Below are positions 1 through 10,204 of a DNA stretch of 64,000 bases, piece by piece; the first letter of the stretch is position 1; every line of letters starts with the position of its first letter. Location of the stretch: assembly GCA_000146465.1 (NCBI GenBank), contig CP001951.1, one strand, 5' to 3'. The notes beneath the pieces are model-generated. The model did not search any database and had not been told where the DNA came from. It saw nothing but the letters and a program-made list of their open reading frames with translations. The position numbers were made by a program, and so were the translations under genes.

Positions 1-221
1 GGGGAAGATTTCTTTAAGAATGAGTCTCTCCTCAAAAAAAGAAGAAAACCATATTGATGTTGTAGATTGCGAAGATTACATAGAGGATGATGGCTAGGCA
101 ACTGGTATTTAGGAGTTTTAGTGGTTTGCCAGTTGTTGGGGCTCGGGAGGGATCTAAAACACTTGGTTTGAAAGTGGTTTGAAACAGAAAGTCATATAAG
201 TTGTGAAGACGGTGGATACTA

Positions 222-1871
222 ATGGAAAAAGAAGATTTTAGATGGTTTGAAGGAGATGGAGAAACAGAGGCAGAAGAATTTGTCCCCGCTCCAAATAGGG
301 TTTCCTCTGTAAGTTATGTGATAGATGCAATAGGAGGGATATTCTATTCTATTTTTGTTCTCTCCTTGGTTGCAAGGGTTACTACATATGTCTTTGGCCT
401 CAAACTGCTTGTGTTTTCTGTTGACCTCAATGTTGTGTTCCTGAGCATAACTGTCGTATCTTTACTGTTCATAGTTCTTGCAATAGCACGGGAGACAATG
501 ACTTTCATGGCCTTGACTCTCGGAATGGTTGAGAACTCGGATGCCTGTGCAAAGCTGCAAAGGCTTGTGATGGTTTCGGTCTGGTTTGGATTGAGTGCAT
601 ACTGGATTAAGTATGTAGGAACGGCCTACGGACACAATTTTTATATCATAAAGAAAGTGTTTATGTCCGGGATGATAACGTCTGCAGCATACTCTATTGT
701 AACAATTGCAATGGCGTACTTCGAGAGTTTTTTCCTAAAGAAGACTCTCAAAAGGAAGTTAGATGATGTTCAAAAGACTGAAAGAATAGTATATGCAATG
801 AAAAACTACAGGTATGATATTTCCGAATCAGGAGGAGGGCCGACCCCAGAGTGTACGTGCAGGGATCTCTTTTGTTTTAGAACTGCAGCCACGGTTGGAA
901 GTAGGGAAACAGGACGAAACGGCGGAGAAGAAGGATTCCATATGTTTACCGGGGGGCTTCTGATTAATGCGCCTGAAATCCGTGGAATCATGGATGCCAA
1001 GACCCTTGCAAGGGATGTTTTCTTCAAGGCTAGTGGAGGAAAGGATGTTCTTTCATATGAAGACTTCAGTGCAATATTCCCAGGGGCACAGGATGCCCAA
1101 AATGCATTCTCTTTCTTTGATTCGAACCATAGCAAGGTGATTTCAAAGAAAGAGTTCCATGACACAACTATATACTTCTACATGGAAAGAGTGAATCTCG
1201 AGAAGGCCATAATGAGAGCAGAAGATTTCATTGGAATAATTCTAGGTACTCTTAATGTGATTACGGGAGTAGTTCTCTGCTTTGTCTATCTTATGATCTT
1301 TGGGGTTCCGCTTCAAGAGCTATTTGCACTGATACTTAGTGGATCTCTTGCCTTTAGCTTTATTGCAAGTGGAATAGCCACTGATATGTATCACAATTTC
1401 ATGATGCTTGCCAGCCATCCGTTTGATATAGGCGATGACGTTATAATTGATGGAGCCGACTATAGAATCTATGAGTTTGGACTTACAAGCACGTCCCTTA
1501 TTGGAGAGAACGGAGGGAAAGTTAAGCTTCTGAACAGCGATCTCCGGAAAAAGAACCTTGTCAACATGACAAGAGCACCTGAAAAGATTATTGTATTCAA
1601 CTTTGATCTGAATCCAGACATAAGGCCTGAGGAGTTTAAAAGGTTCAAGAGCATAATACATGAGTTTATAAAACAAAAGCCGTTTGACTATGACAACGAA
1701 TTTTCCCTCCAAGCTTCCACAGAAAACTTTGTAAGCATTGATGTTCTAAGCTGTACAATGATCCTGAAGTGCAAGAGCTATAAGAATAAGTCAAAAAAGT
1801 TTCTTCTCCGAGTTGAGATGACTTCGTTTCTAAGGTCGCTAATAGCAGAGATGGGTATTGGAGTGAAATAA
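222..1871 (+). CDS. MscS-like mechanosensitive ion channel (eukaryotic Msy type with EF-hand-like loop)
   Basis: 549-aa ORF with ATG at 222. Several N-terminal TM helices and an EF-hand-like stretch (FFDSNHSKVISKKEF). MscS beta-domain signature PFDIGDDVIIDGADYRIYEFGLTSTSLIGENGGKVKLLNSDL. Confidence 0.7.
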   Translation: MEKEDFRWFEGDGETEAEEFVPAPNRVSSVSYVIDAIGGIFYSIFVLSLVARVTTYVFGLKLLVFSVDLNVVFLSITVVSLLFIVLAIARETMTFMALTLGMVENSDACAKLQRLVMVSVWFGLSAYWIKYVGTAYGHNFYIIKKVFMSGMITSAAYSIVTIAMAYFESFFLKKTLKRKLDDVQKTERIVYAMKNYRYDISESGGGPTPECTCRDLFCFRTAATVGSRETGRNGGEEGFHMFTGGLLINAPEIRGIMDAKTLARDVFFKASGGKDVLSYEDFSAIFPGAQDAQNAFSFFDSNHSKVISKKEFHDTTIYFYMERVNLEKAIMRAEDFIGIILGTLNVITGVVLCFVYLMIFGVPLQELFALILSGSLAFSFIASGIATDMYHNFMMLASHPFDIGDDVIIDGADYRIYEFGLTSTSLIGENGGKVKLLNSDLRKKNLVNMTRAPEKIIVFNFDLNPDIRPEEFKRFKSIIHEFIKQKPFDYDNEFSLQASTENFVSIDVLSCTMILKCKSYKNKSKKFLLRVEMTSFLRSLIAEMGIGVK

Positions 1872-1935
1872 GTTCGGAATGCGAGGTGGTAATAAATTAT
1901 CATGGTATTTATTTTAAGAGCCTTGTTTTGAGAAT

Positions 1936-2901
1936 ATGCTTGTCACTGTTTTTTCATGGAATGTAAACAACAGAGAAGGTGTTGCAGATGCTATTCCCGA
2001 AATTCTTGGGGATCAGAAGTCTGACATGATACTTATATCCCTACAAGAACACTTCGACTCCCAGAGTACTGTGGCGAAGTCTATTCAGAAGATGTATCCA
2101 TCCTACAGAATGATCTCGGTTGACAGGATGTTTGGGCTGTTGTCAATAGTATTATCTAAGGAGAGACACACAGTGGAGAGAATAAAGATGGGGTTTGGGA
2201 TTCTAGGTTTCATTAACAAGGGAGTATGTGTGACTAAAATATCGAATGGGATAATGTTCATAAGCTGTCATCTATCTGCGCATCAGGAGAACAACAAAAA
2301 GAGATTGAAAGAAATTAGAAGAATATTTGAGTGTGTTTGTGACTCGGAGTCGGTGAGAAATGTCAAAACTGTTATTTTGGCTGGGGACATGAACTTCAGG
2401 ATTGCAGGAGGTTCAAGAAGTCTCGACTACCTCAAGTCTGGAAAAGACGATCAATGCAACGAGTTTAAGAGAGCCTATCCGATGTTCCTAGAGGGAATGA
2501 TAGATTTCAAGCCAACTTACAAATATATTGCAGGAACCGACGAACTGTGTAAAAAGAGACATCCATCGTGGTGTGATAGAGTATTTGTCTCGTCCTCATA
2601 TGTAAAGTTTAATACATACGACTCTGCTTATGAAGTGAAGATAAGTGATCACAAGCCTATTCTCTGTGCACTGGAAGTGAGTGATAAGAAGACAAGCCGT
2701 GCTGCCATTCCAATGATCGGATATAGTGGGCACCATGTCATACGTGGGCTTACAAGATTTTATTGCATTGTGCACGAGTATCGCAATGCAGTTTCTGCAC
2801 TTCTCTTGATAATAATGCTGTATTTGATGCTTTCCAGATTTAAAACCATTTCGAGGCTCAGAAATCCATTCCGGGTCTTTTATCCGGAGGCAGATTGTTG
2901 A
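1936..2901 (+). CDS. inositol polyphosphate 5-phosphatase (EEP fold), tail-anchored
   Basis: 321 aa. 5-phosphatase motifs ILAGDMNFRI (motif 1) and HPSWCDRVFV (motif 2, P-S-W-C-D-R) plus ISDHKPI. C-terminal hydrophobic segment. Confidence 0.75.
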   Translation: MLVTVFSWNVNNREGVADAIPEILGDQKSDMILISLQEHFDSQSTVAKSIQKMYPSYRMISVDRMFGLLSIVLSKERHTVERIKMGFGILGFINKGVCVTKISNGIMFISCHLSAHQENNKKRLKEIRRIFECVCDSESVRNVKTVILAGDMNFRIAGGSRSLDYLKSGKDDQCNEFKRAYPMFLEGMIDFKPTYKYIAGTDELCKKRHPSWCDRVFVSSSYVKFNTYDSAYEVKISDHKPILCALEVSDKKTSRAAIPMIGYSGHHVIRGLTRFYCIVHEYRNAVSALLLIIMLYLMLSRFKTISRLRNPFRVFYPEADC

Positions 2902-2941
2902 TAAAGGTGTTCTTGTATTTTCGATTCTTCAAAAGCCCCCA

Positions 2942-5900
2942 ATGGAGGAAAGATTTGAGTGGAGATGGATGGGATCCCCTCTTGAGGAAAAGCTGCATGA
3001 ATATATCCGGAGCATGGTTGAAGAGGAAGACCTTGACTGTCTTGCTAAGAAGATCACTGCCTACTTTGACATATGGCCATTCAAAGAATTTTCCCTTAGA
3101 TGCTGGAGAATACTCAGCGACAAACTCATTGATATCATTTCCTCACTGGAGAAGAAATACTTTTCCGAGGGAATACAAATGTTCAAAATGTCTGAGGAAG
3201 ATAAAAGCCTTCTTATTGGAATTTTCAAGCTCTTTCAAAGGATATTTGGGTATTCAAGACAAAGACATCCTCTCGATGTTTCTACACAAGTTATGAAGTT
3301 CATATATGCAATGGATCTAGATGTTGTGATTGAAGCACATAAGATGCTTGTGTTCTGCCTTAATTATTCGATTGGGCTGGATGAGTTTTCTGATGACCAT
3401 GACATTCTGTTCAAATGCCTAGGAATCAACTCGGAGTTAAATGGAGAGAAGATCCTTAGTCTCTCGGAGAAGGCCTTTGTGAGTATACCCAAGGATCTAG
3501 AAGGAGAAGATGTGTTTTGGACTCTTAAGAAGAATGTAGATGAGTATGGAAGAGGGAATCTTGTGTTTGAACTTCGGCAAAGAATAAATAATGAAAACAG
3601 AGATGGCCTGAATGTGTTGAAGGTCCTTGGAACATGTATATTTCTGATCCTTGCAAAGGGAGAAGGAGCTTTTGATGAAATTGTGGAAAAAATAGACTTT
3701 GGAGAAATTTGGAGATTTGCAGGCGAGGAATTATCCGAAAACATGGAATTTGCCATCATGAACCTTCTGGACATATTGATCTATGACGAATTTGACTTTG
3801 GAAGGATCTCACGAATCCTTGAACTAAGCAACACCAAAGGATTTTTCTACAAAAGATTTGTAAATGGATTTGATGAGTGGACGTTTGAAAGACACATGGT
3901 GTTTCTTATTTACAACACACTCGTGGGAAGCCAAAAAACGAAGTACCTCAAGATGAATGTCCTTATGGAAGTACTTCCGAAATTTCATGAATGCTCGCCA
4001 GATGTTCGATATCACTTTCTTCGTACAGTTAGAATGCATTGTAAGGAAACCAATTCCCGTGGAACTGCCGAGTTTATTTCCAGAAACGGCGTAGGGATTT
4101 TAACAGAATACCTTAGACATGCAGAAAAATACGATGTAAATGAAAATGTAAATCTCAAATATTCGTTGAAGATACTAAGTGAGATCTACATGGACGAAAG
4201 GAACAGAGGAGTGGTGGGGAATTTCGAAGACAGTCCTTTTCTTGATGTAATTGTTGCAACTATCCAAAAGCTTTGCCTTTTTGATTCCCGTATTGTATCT
4301 GTTTGTATAGGAATACTATCTTCCTTCATGTTTGAAGAGCCGCTGAATCTGCCCATATTCATGGAAAGAGGAGTGAATGTAGTTCTGAAGACACAACTAT
4401 CTGTTGAGCATACTCTGGAATATGTTTCTGCATTTGTTTCTTATATTGATGCATTTTCCTTGAACCTCTCCTTTCAGAAGGAGATATCTCATGGGGAATA
4501 TCTCTTTAAGCTTCTAGTACTATGCAGAGAGGAAGAGTTCCTTGGTTCAATGAGCAATACAAACAAGATGGTATCCCTTCTGAATGTCCTCATAATGCAT
4601 CATCCGATATTCAAGGAGGACATCTTAAAGTTCTACAGGTTTGAGATTGGGTATCTGAAAAATCTTTTTTCGGAGGAGTCAAGCAGTCTTCTTGTAGAAA
4701 AGGAGTACTGCATCGAAATCTTCAACAACTTTTTCAGTCTTGTGGAAAAAATGGAGGTTTATCCCGAAGAGAAAGACGCCGACGGATTCTTTAACAATGT
4801 ATTTGATCTGGTTACCAATCCGGCGTATTCTTGCAACATGCAAAACTTCTTCAAGGGATCTTTTGGAGAGGTCTACCGAACGATCTATAGAGAATCCCGC
4901 ACATCTCTTGATAAGCCGTTTGAGCAGTTGATATCCGACACAATGAAGATCATAGAGCTTAGTAGAATGAGCGAAGAACAGGATACAAGAGATTGGAAAA
5001 AAGCCATGAAAATGGAGCAGTGGTGCGGGGCAGAGGCTGATGAACTGATATTTTCTTATGAAAGTCAGATTTCCTTGGCCTGCATTCTTTGCGAAGATTT
5101 TATGGAGCTAATAGATAATGGGGTAAAGACAAGACTGTTTAAAGCAATGGCAGACCTGTATCTTATGCTCATCCGATTCTCGGGAGCCTTTATTTCGATC
5201 AGCAACTTTGAAGAGCACAGGTTTTTATCTACATACAGATCTATAAGACTCAAGCTTGAAGAAAGCACCACAAAGGAAAGCATCCGATTGCATTTGCTGC
5301 AGTCTGTGTATCTTTGTAACCTGTTTCTACTCCAGAGAATGTACCTTTTGGAGATCAAGGATTCATTTGACAAGACTCTTGAACTTGTTGAGAGGCTGGT
5401 GGAAGTAATGGCTCTTGAAGGAGATGACTCGATTACCCTTGGACTAAGAGCGATAGAGAGGCTGAGCAAGAACTTTGGGAAAGAGCACTATGAAGCAATA
5501 TCTAGAGAATGGTTTATAAAGAGCTTGCTTAAACCCCACTCTAGAAGCGACAGGTTAATTGCAGTTATAAACTTCCTTTCGTCCCAATTATCATCCAAAA
5601 TAAATAGCGATCCGAAGCTAAGGAGTATGCTTCTGGAGTATCTGGAAGAAATAGACATCAGCGTCTCCTCGGATCTCCGTAAAGTTGAGCTAAGTAATAT
5701 GGTCATTGAGGCCATTGGGAGAATATTTGGAGATGGAGGGTCGCTTTCAGATGACGAAATGGAAATGATTTTCAGAATTTATGAGAGGTTTTATATATCT
5801 CCATTGTGTTCGAGGCTGATGATTAAGAGAATGATAAGACTACCAAGATTTACAATGAGACTGGTTCGGATAAAAGCATTTCCGACATTCCAATATTTCC

Positions 5901-8900
5901 TTATGAAAGATGAGAAAGTGTATGAGCATGCATGCTTTATTGTAAATAGATTCTTTGAGTATTCTGACGAATTCATTGAAATGGCTAGTAATGTTCTTCT
6001 GTTTGGAACGGTTGGGCGATGTCCTCATAGGATAGATATCAAAGAGATCGGAAAGAAGATTTCAGGACTTGTTATGTCTGAAGTTTCGTCGCCAAAGGTA
6101 CTGTTTTTCCTAATTATGTACTTTCGGCTGCTTCATCGGTTGGGGATGCCCAGACATTGTGGATTTGATCTTGGAAAGTTGATTTCACGAGTTAAAACAT
6201 GTGACGAGATGACTTTGATGAGAATACTCATCAGCTACATAATAACCCCGGATATCGATAGTATTTTGGAAAGGTCTGGAATTCCCTCAAGAAGGATTAG
6301 GAGCAAGGATAGAGAATTCTTAAAGTCCCATGATTTCCTTATATACAGAGACTATGATCTTTTTGTTGAGAAATGTCTAAAGAAGTCGGGTCTTGGACCT
6401 ATAGATGGGATCTGCTTCAAACATGGATGCAATAGGACTTTCTCTCTAAAGGGAGAAGAGATATCTGTATCGGACAAGGAAATCGACTGCAGCAAGACTT
6501 TCATTAGAAAGCTCGTTCTTTTGCTGGATACCCAAGAATATTTCGGAATGGTAATTCAGCTTCTCTGCGAAATGATGTTTAACCATCCATCTCTTTTGCA
6601 CGATATATGTAGATATCAGGTTTTGGACATTGTGTATGAAAGATGCATTAGAAAAATGGATGTATCAAGCAAGCACAAGGTGACTGGAGAACTGCATTGG
6701 GGTATAATGCTGTTTGTCATTGGACTCTATTCGGAGGTTCTTTTGTCGAAGTCCAGCACAGGTTCTGAGAAGAAAAGCGAGACTGAGCAAGAAAACACAA
6801 GAAAGAGTCTTCCATCTGTATCTGACTTTCTCCTTGAAAAGATCAAAGATGGATCCAATGAGGACTTTCTGAACGTGTCGTTCATACTTGTTAGAAGCCT
6901 CACACCATTGTTTATTCTAAGGCACGAAGATGAAGAAGATACAACCATGGAGAGGTTCCGAGAGATTTCGATTTTTATGGGATCAGTAGGGATCTTTGAG
7001 AAGATTATCAAGAGAATAATTGCTGTTGATGAAAGCGACCCAAAATACATAACATGCATCCAATGTTCGCTGGACTATCTTGGAAGGGTTTTTAGGCATT
7101 GCTACGGCGACATTCTTCAAGATCTGGACGACTATGGTGACGACGAATCCCGTGAGATTGAATACTATAGTCTCGTTTCCGAGGACCATGGATTTGAGGA
7201 AAGTATTTTTGACTCCGACGAGAGCTATTTTTTTGATGATCCACCATTCCATGAAATTGAAGAGGAGAGGGCCATGGAGTCTGATGAAGCGGAAAGCTCC
7301 TCACAATCGGAAAATACAGTGTTCATCAAAAGCATTGAAAACGATCATGAGATGCCAACGGAAATGTATCTGATTAGCTCCGAGTATTACAATATTTCTG
7401 CAGAAAGTAGAACCGAGATCGAGGCTCTTATGTGCAGAAAGCTCTACGTCGACTTAATTGATAGCAGCACAAGCTGCTATACCTGGATGGTTAATAATTT
7501 CCAAAAGAGTATAGTTTGTGAGCTAAGGGAGCCGAGTGTTCATTGTAAGGAGCCTGAGAGGTCTTTGAATGAAGATGACAAGGATGAGGGCTATGTCACT
7601 GATGGTGAGGAAAAGATGATATGGAATTTCGAACCAACAAACGATGAAGATAATCTGGAAGATACAAATGAAGCCTTGGACACTTCAAATCCACCAGATA
7701 GAGAGGAGATAGAAGAGGAGAATGAGGACGTTGGATCCTCGGAATCTGATGTCGGGTCTCAGAACGGAGAGATTCCGACTCTTGACCCTGATAATCTCAA
7801 CAGAATGGAGGAAGACGAGCTAAACGAAGTTCTGAAAGCCTATTTCGACGAGAGACGATCCCTATCGCTGACTTATATACCTCTCCACACGGGTTTCTAT
7901 GAAAGGCTTTCTTCCCGTGTAAGACCTATGTTTGAGGAGATGGAAAGAGTGTATAGAGAGAGTTTCTTCTACGACATTAGAACCGAGTCTACCAAGGAGA
8001 GTGACGAAGAAATCATGGAAACCAAAGAGAATCTCCTTGAGATGGATCTTTCAACATTTGAAGAATTCATCAAGAAATCTATCGTCGAAAAGGATTTCCC
8101 ATTTGCCAAGAGCTGGAAGTTAGTTGATGCACTTTCCAAGGATACAAAAATGAAGAGTGTTGTCTTCAAAGTATCCAACAGCATGATCTCGTCAATTTCA
8201 TCATCTCAGGAAGGAGACCTTAATAATTACGACGCAGTGAAATTCCGAAGAACTTTGTGCTTTCTTCTTAGCATCGTTAAAAGCTCAATAAGGTACTATG
8301 GCTATTTCCGAGAAAACCCTGAAATTGTAAGAAAAGTTTTTATTCTTCTTGGAAAGGTGAAATTAACCAATGATCTTTTGAGACTAGTGACTGACTTCAG
8401 TGTTATCTTTAGGAAGGACAAGGACTTTGTCTTTGGCCAAGACATCGATTTGGAAAATATTCTCGGTTGCTTTGGAAGAATGGTTGACTCTGAATGCTTC
8501 AACCTTCTTGAGGAGTTCATGGAGAACACCGCCGACCACTTTGGCCCGAGATTCCTAGATATTATTCTGGTAGAGATAAAGCAGCAATTTTCGATCCTCT
8601 CCAAAGACATTGGAAAGGAGTTTCCTTCCGATGCATTTCTAGAAAGTCAAAAGATATTTTTGAGACTTTGGAAGATGATGACAAAAGTTATAGGAAGAAG
8701 CAATTTGTGTAGTGAGGAAAGAGACATTGCACTTCTGAGTCTGATGCTGAATCCTCTCTGGAATGTGTTTTTTGAAAATCAGAAGAACAAGGAATCGATT
8801 GAAGACCTCATTAATGTATCGGATATCTACGAAGCTTTTTTTGTTGTTGGAAAGGTGTTTGAAAATAGGTTCGGGGAAACAGAGAATACAGGTTGCGCAG

Positions 8901-10183
8901 AGATGTGCAACAAGTTCCAAACATTCTATAAAAAGATTATAGAGTTACGGGCCAAGCAGATTAACTTACTTGCCGATGAAAGACCAGAAAAGCTTTTCAG
9001 AAACTTCAACAGCCTCATAAGTCATTCAATACTAACGTTCAGTAACAAAAAGAAATATCTGTCAAGAATGCTCTCTGTGGAAGGAGTGGATAAATCCTCG
9101 TCTTTCTACAGAGTTTATGTAGATAGGAACGATGTTCTGAGGAGTTCTTATTTTCAAGTGATGGCAAAAAGTCCTGAAGAATTCAGAACAAGAAGACTCG
9201 AGATAAAGCTAACTGGAGAAGAAGGCTTGGACTATGGAGGATTGACAAGAGAATGGCTGGTTCTTCTCTCAAAGGATTTTCTTGATCCTAACTTTGCTCT
9301 TTTTGAGTTTTCCACCGAGGACAAGACAGTAGCTGTTCCATGCAAGAACAGTTATGTTAATCCCGAGCACTTGTCTTACTTCAAGTTTGTCGGGCGTATC
9401 ATGGCAAAGGTTATAATGGATGGAAACTTCATCAACTTGTATCTACCGAAGTTTATCTACAAGCATATCCTTGGGAAGAGTTGCGATCTACAGGACCTAG
9501 AATCTGCAGACCCTGAATTCCACAAATCGCTTGTCTGGATAAGAGATAATTCTGTTGGGAAATCTCTAGGACTAACATTTTCGTTCGATGACGTGAGCTT
9601 TGGAGTTCATAGAACTGTCGAATTAGTAAAAGGAGGAGCAAATATCTTTGTGGATGACTCGAACAAGGAAGAATATATAAAGTTGGCGACACAATACAGG
9701 CTATTTGATGGAGTCGAACTTCAATTATCTGCACTAAAGTCAGGACTGTTTGAAATACTTGGAAATAGAGCTCTTGAGATGTTTGACGAGAATGAACTTG
9801 AGCTTCTAATCTGTGGAATTCCTGATATAGACATTGATGACTGGAAGAGTAATACCCTTTATTATGGATATACAGAGAGCTCAAAGACCGTTATTTGGTT
9901 TTGGAAAGCAGTTAAAAGCTTTGACTCTGTCAACAGGGCAAGACTTCTACAATTTGTGACTGGAACATCCACCTTGCCGTTTGAAGGGTTCTCGCATTTA
10001 CAAGGAAACAATGAGATCCAAAAGTTCTCGATCCATAAGATCTCTGACAGAACAGACAGCCTTCCCACTGCGCATACATGCTTTAACCAACTTGTACTTC
10101 CAGAGTATTCCTCCTATGAAAGCCTTCTGAAATATTTGATGTTGGCCATCAATGAATGCTCTACAGGATTTGGTTTTATCTAA
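2942..10183 (+). CDS. giant HECT-domain E3 ubiquitin ligase (HUWE1/Tom1-like)
   Basis: 2413-aa uninterrupted ORF. C-terminal HECT domain (...LPTAHTCFNQLVLPEYSSYESLLKYLMLAINECSTGFGFI with catalytic Cys). Long acidic D/E stretch (DDYGDDESREIEYY...ESDEAESS) as in HUWE1. CCCCC lies 2 nt upstream of the ATG. Confidence 0.85.
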   Translation: MEERFEWRWMGSPLEEKLHEYIRSMVEEEDLDCLAKKITAYFDIWPFKEFSLRCWRILSDKLIDIISSLEKKYFSEGIQMFKMSEEDKSLLIGIFKLFQRIFGYSRQRHPLDVSTQVMKFIYAMDLDVVIEAHKMLVFCLNYSIGLDEFSDDHDILFKCLGINSELNGEKILSLSEKAFVSIPKDLEGEDVFWTLKKNVDEYGRGNLVFELRQRINNENRDGLNVLKVLGTCIFLILAKGEGAFDEIVEKIDFGEIWRFAGEELSENMEFAIMNLLDILIYDEFDFGRISRILELSNTKGFFYKRFVNGFDEWTFERHMVFLIYNTLVGSQKTKYLKMNVLMEVLPKFHECSPDVRYHFLRTVRMHCKETNSRGTAEFISRNGVGILTEYLRHAEKYDVNENVNLKYSLKILSEIYMDERNRGVVGNFEDSPFLDVIVATIQKLCLFDSRIVSVCIGILSSFMFEEPLNLPIFMERGVNVVLKTQLSVEHTLEYVSAFVSYIDAFSLNLSFQKEISHGEYLFKLLVLCREEEFLGSMSNTNKMVSLLNVLIMHHPIFKEDILKFYRFEIGYLKNLFSEESSSLLVEKEYCIEIFNNFFSLVEKMEVYPEEKDADGFFNNVFDLVTNPAYSCNMQNFFKGSFGEVYRTIYRESRTSLDKPFEQLISDTMKIIELSRMSEEQDTRDWKKAMKMEQWCGAEADELIFSYESQISLACILCEDFMELIDNGVKTRLFKAMADLYLMLIRFSGAFISISNFEEHRFLSTYRSIRLKLEESTTKESIRLHLLQSVYLCNLFLLQRMYLLEIKDSFDKTLELVERLVEVMALEGDDSITLGLRAIERLSKNFGKEHYEAISREWFIKSLLKPHSRSDRLIAVINFLSSQLSSKINSDPKLRSMLLEYLEEIDISVSSDLRKVELSNMVIEAIGRIFGDGGSLSDDEMEMIFRIYERFYISPLCSRLMIKRMIRLPRFTMRLVRIKAFPTFQYFLMKDEKVYEHACFIVNRFFEYSDEFIEMASNVLLFGTVGRCPHRIDIKEIGKKISGLVMSEVSSPKVLFFLIMYFRLLHRLGMPRHCGFDLGKLISRVKTCDEMTLMRILISYIITPDIDSILERSGIPSRRIRSKDREFLKSHDFLIYRDYDLFVEKCLKKSGLGPIDGICFKHGCNRTFSLKGEEISVSDKEIDCSKTFIRKLVLLLDTQEYFGMVIQLLCEMMFNHPSLLHDICRYQVLDIVYERCIRKMDVSSKHKVTGELHWGIMLFVIGLYSEVLLSKSSTGSEKKSETEQENTRKSLPSVSDFLLEKIKDGSNEDFLNVSFILVRSLTPLFILRHEDEEDTTMERFREISIFMGSVGIFEKIIKRIIAVDESDPKYITCIQCSLDYLGRVFRHCYGDILQDLDDYGDDESREIEYYSLVSEDHGFEESIFDSDESYFFDDPPFHEIEEERAMESDEAESSSQSENTVFIKSIENDHEMPTEMYLISSEYYNISAESRTEIEALMCRKLYVDLIDSSTSCYTWMVNNFQKSIVCELREPSVHCKEPERSLNEDDKDEGYVTDGEEKMIWNFEPTNDEDNLEDTNEALDTSNPPDREEIEEENEDVGSSESDVGSQNGEIPTLDPDNLNRMEEDELNEVLKAYFDERRSLSLTYIPLHTGFYERLSSRVRPMFEEMERVYRESFFYDIRTESTKESDEEIMETKENLLEMDLSTFEEFIKKSIVEKDFPFAKSWKLVDALSKDTKMKSVVFKVSNSMISSISSSQEGDLNNYDAVKFRRTLCFLLSIVKSSIRYYGYFRENPEIVRKVFILLGKVKLTNDLLRLVTDFSVIFRKDKDFVFGQDIDLENILGCFGRMVDSECFNLLEEFMENTADHFGPRFLDIILVEIKQQFSILSKDIGKEFPSDAFLESQKIFLRLWKMMTKVIGRSNLCSEERDIALLSLMLNPLWNVFFENQKNKESIEDLINVSDIYEAFFVVGKVFENRFGETENTGCAEMCNKFQTFYKKIIELRAKQINLLADERPEKLFRNFNSLISHSILTFSNKKKYLSRMLSVEGVDKSSSFYRVYVDRNDVLRSSYFQVMAKSPEEFRTRRLEIKLTGEEGLDYGGLTREWLVLLSKDFLDPNFALFEFSTEDKTVAVPCKNSYVNPEHLSYFKFVGRIMAKVIMDGNFINLYLPKFIYKHILGKSCDLQDLESADPEFHKSLVWIRDNSVGKSLGLTFSFDDVSFGVHRTVELVKGGANIFVDDSNKEEYIKLATQYRLFDGVELQLSALKSGLFEILGNRALEMFDENELELLICGIPDIDIDDWKSNTLYYGYTESSKTVIWFWKAVKSFDSVNRARLLQFVTGTSTLPFEGFSHLQGNNEIQKFSIHKISDRTDSLPTAHTCFNQLVLPEYSSYESLLKYLMLAINECSTGFGFI

Positions 10184-10204
10184 AGTAAAAATATTCGACA
10201 TGGT

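Noticed and set aside
2-100. Possible 3' end of an upstream plus-strand gene (…HIDVVDCEDYIEDDG*) at the window edge
   Set aside because: Only about 32 codons are visible, with no recognisable motif. Too short to support.
2895-3296. 133-aa ORF overlapping the 5' end of the HECT gene in another frame
   Set aside because: It lies entirely inside or against the 7.2-kb HECT reading frame, which has a strong CCCCC-ATG context. No independent motif. Treated as a frame shadow.
806-9884. Dozens of 60-140-aa antisense or out-of-frame ORFs inside large genes (e.g. 806-1165, 3364-3774, 5065-5469, 6727-7059, 9453-9884, and similar ones throughout the window)
   Set aside because: They lie antisense to or nested in well-supported conserved genes and have low-complexity translations. 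This is the expected background for AT-rich DNA.
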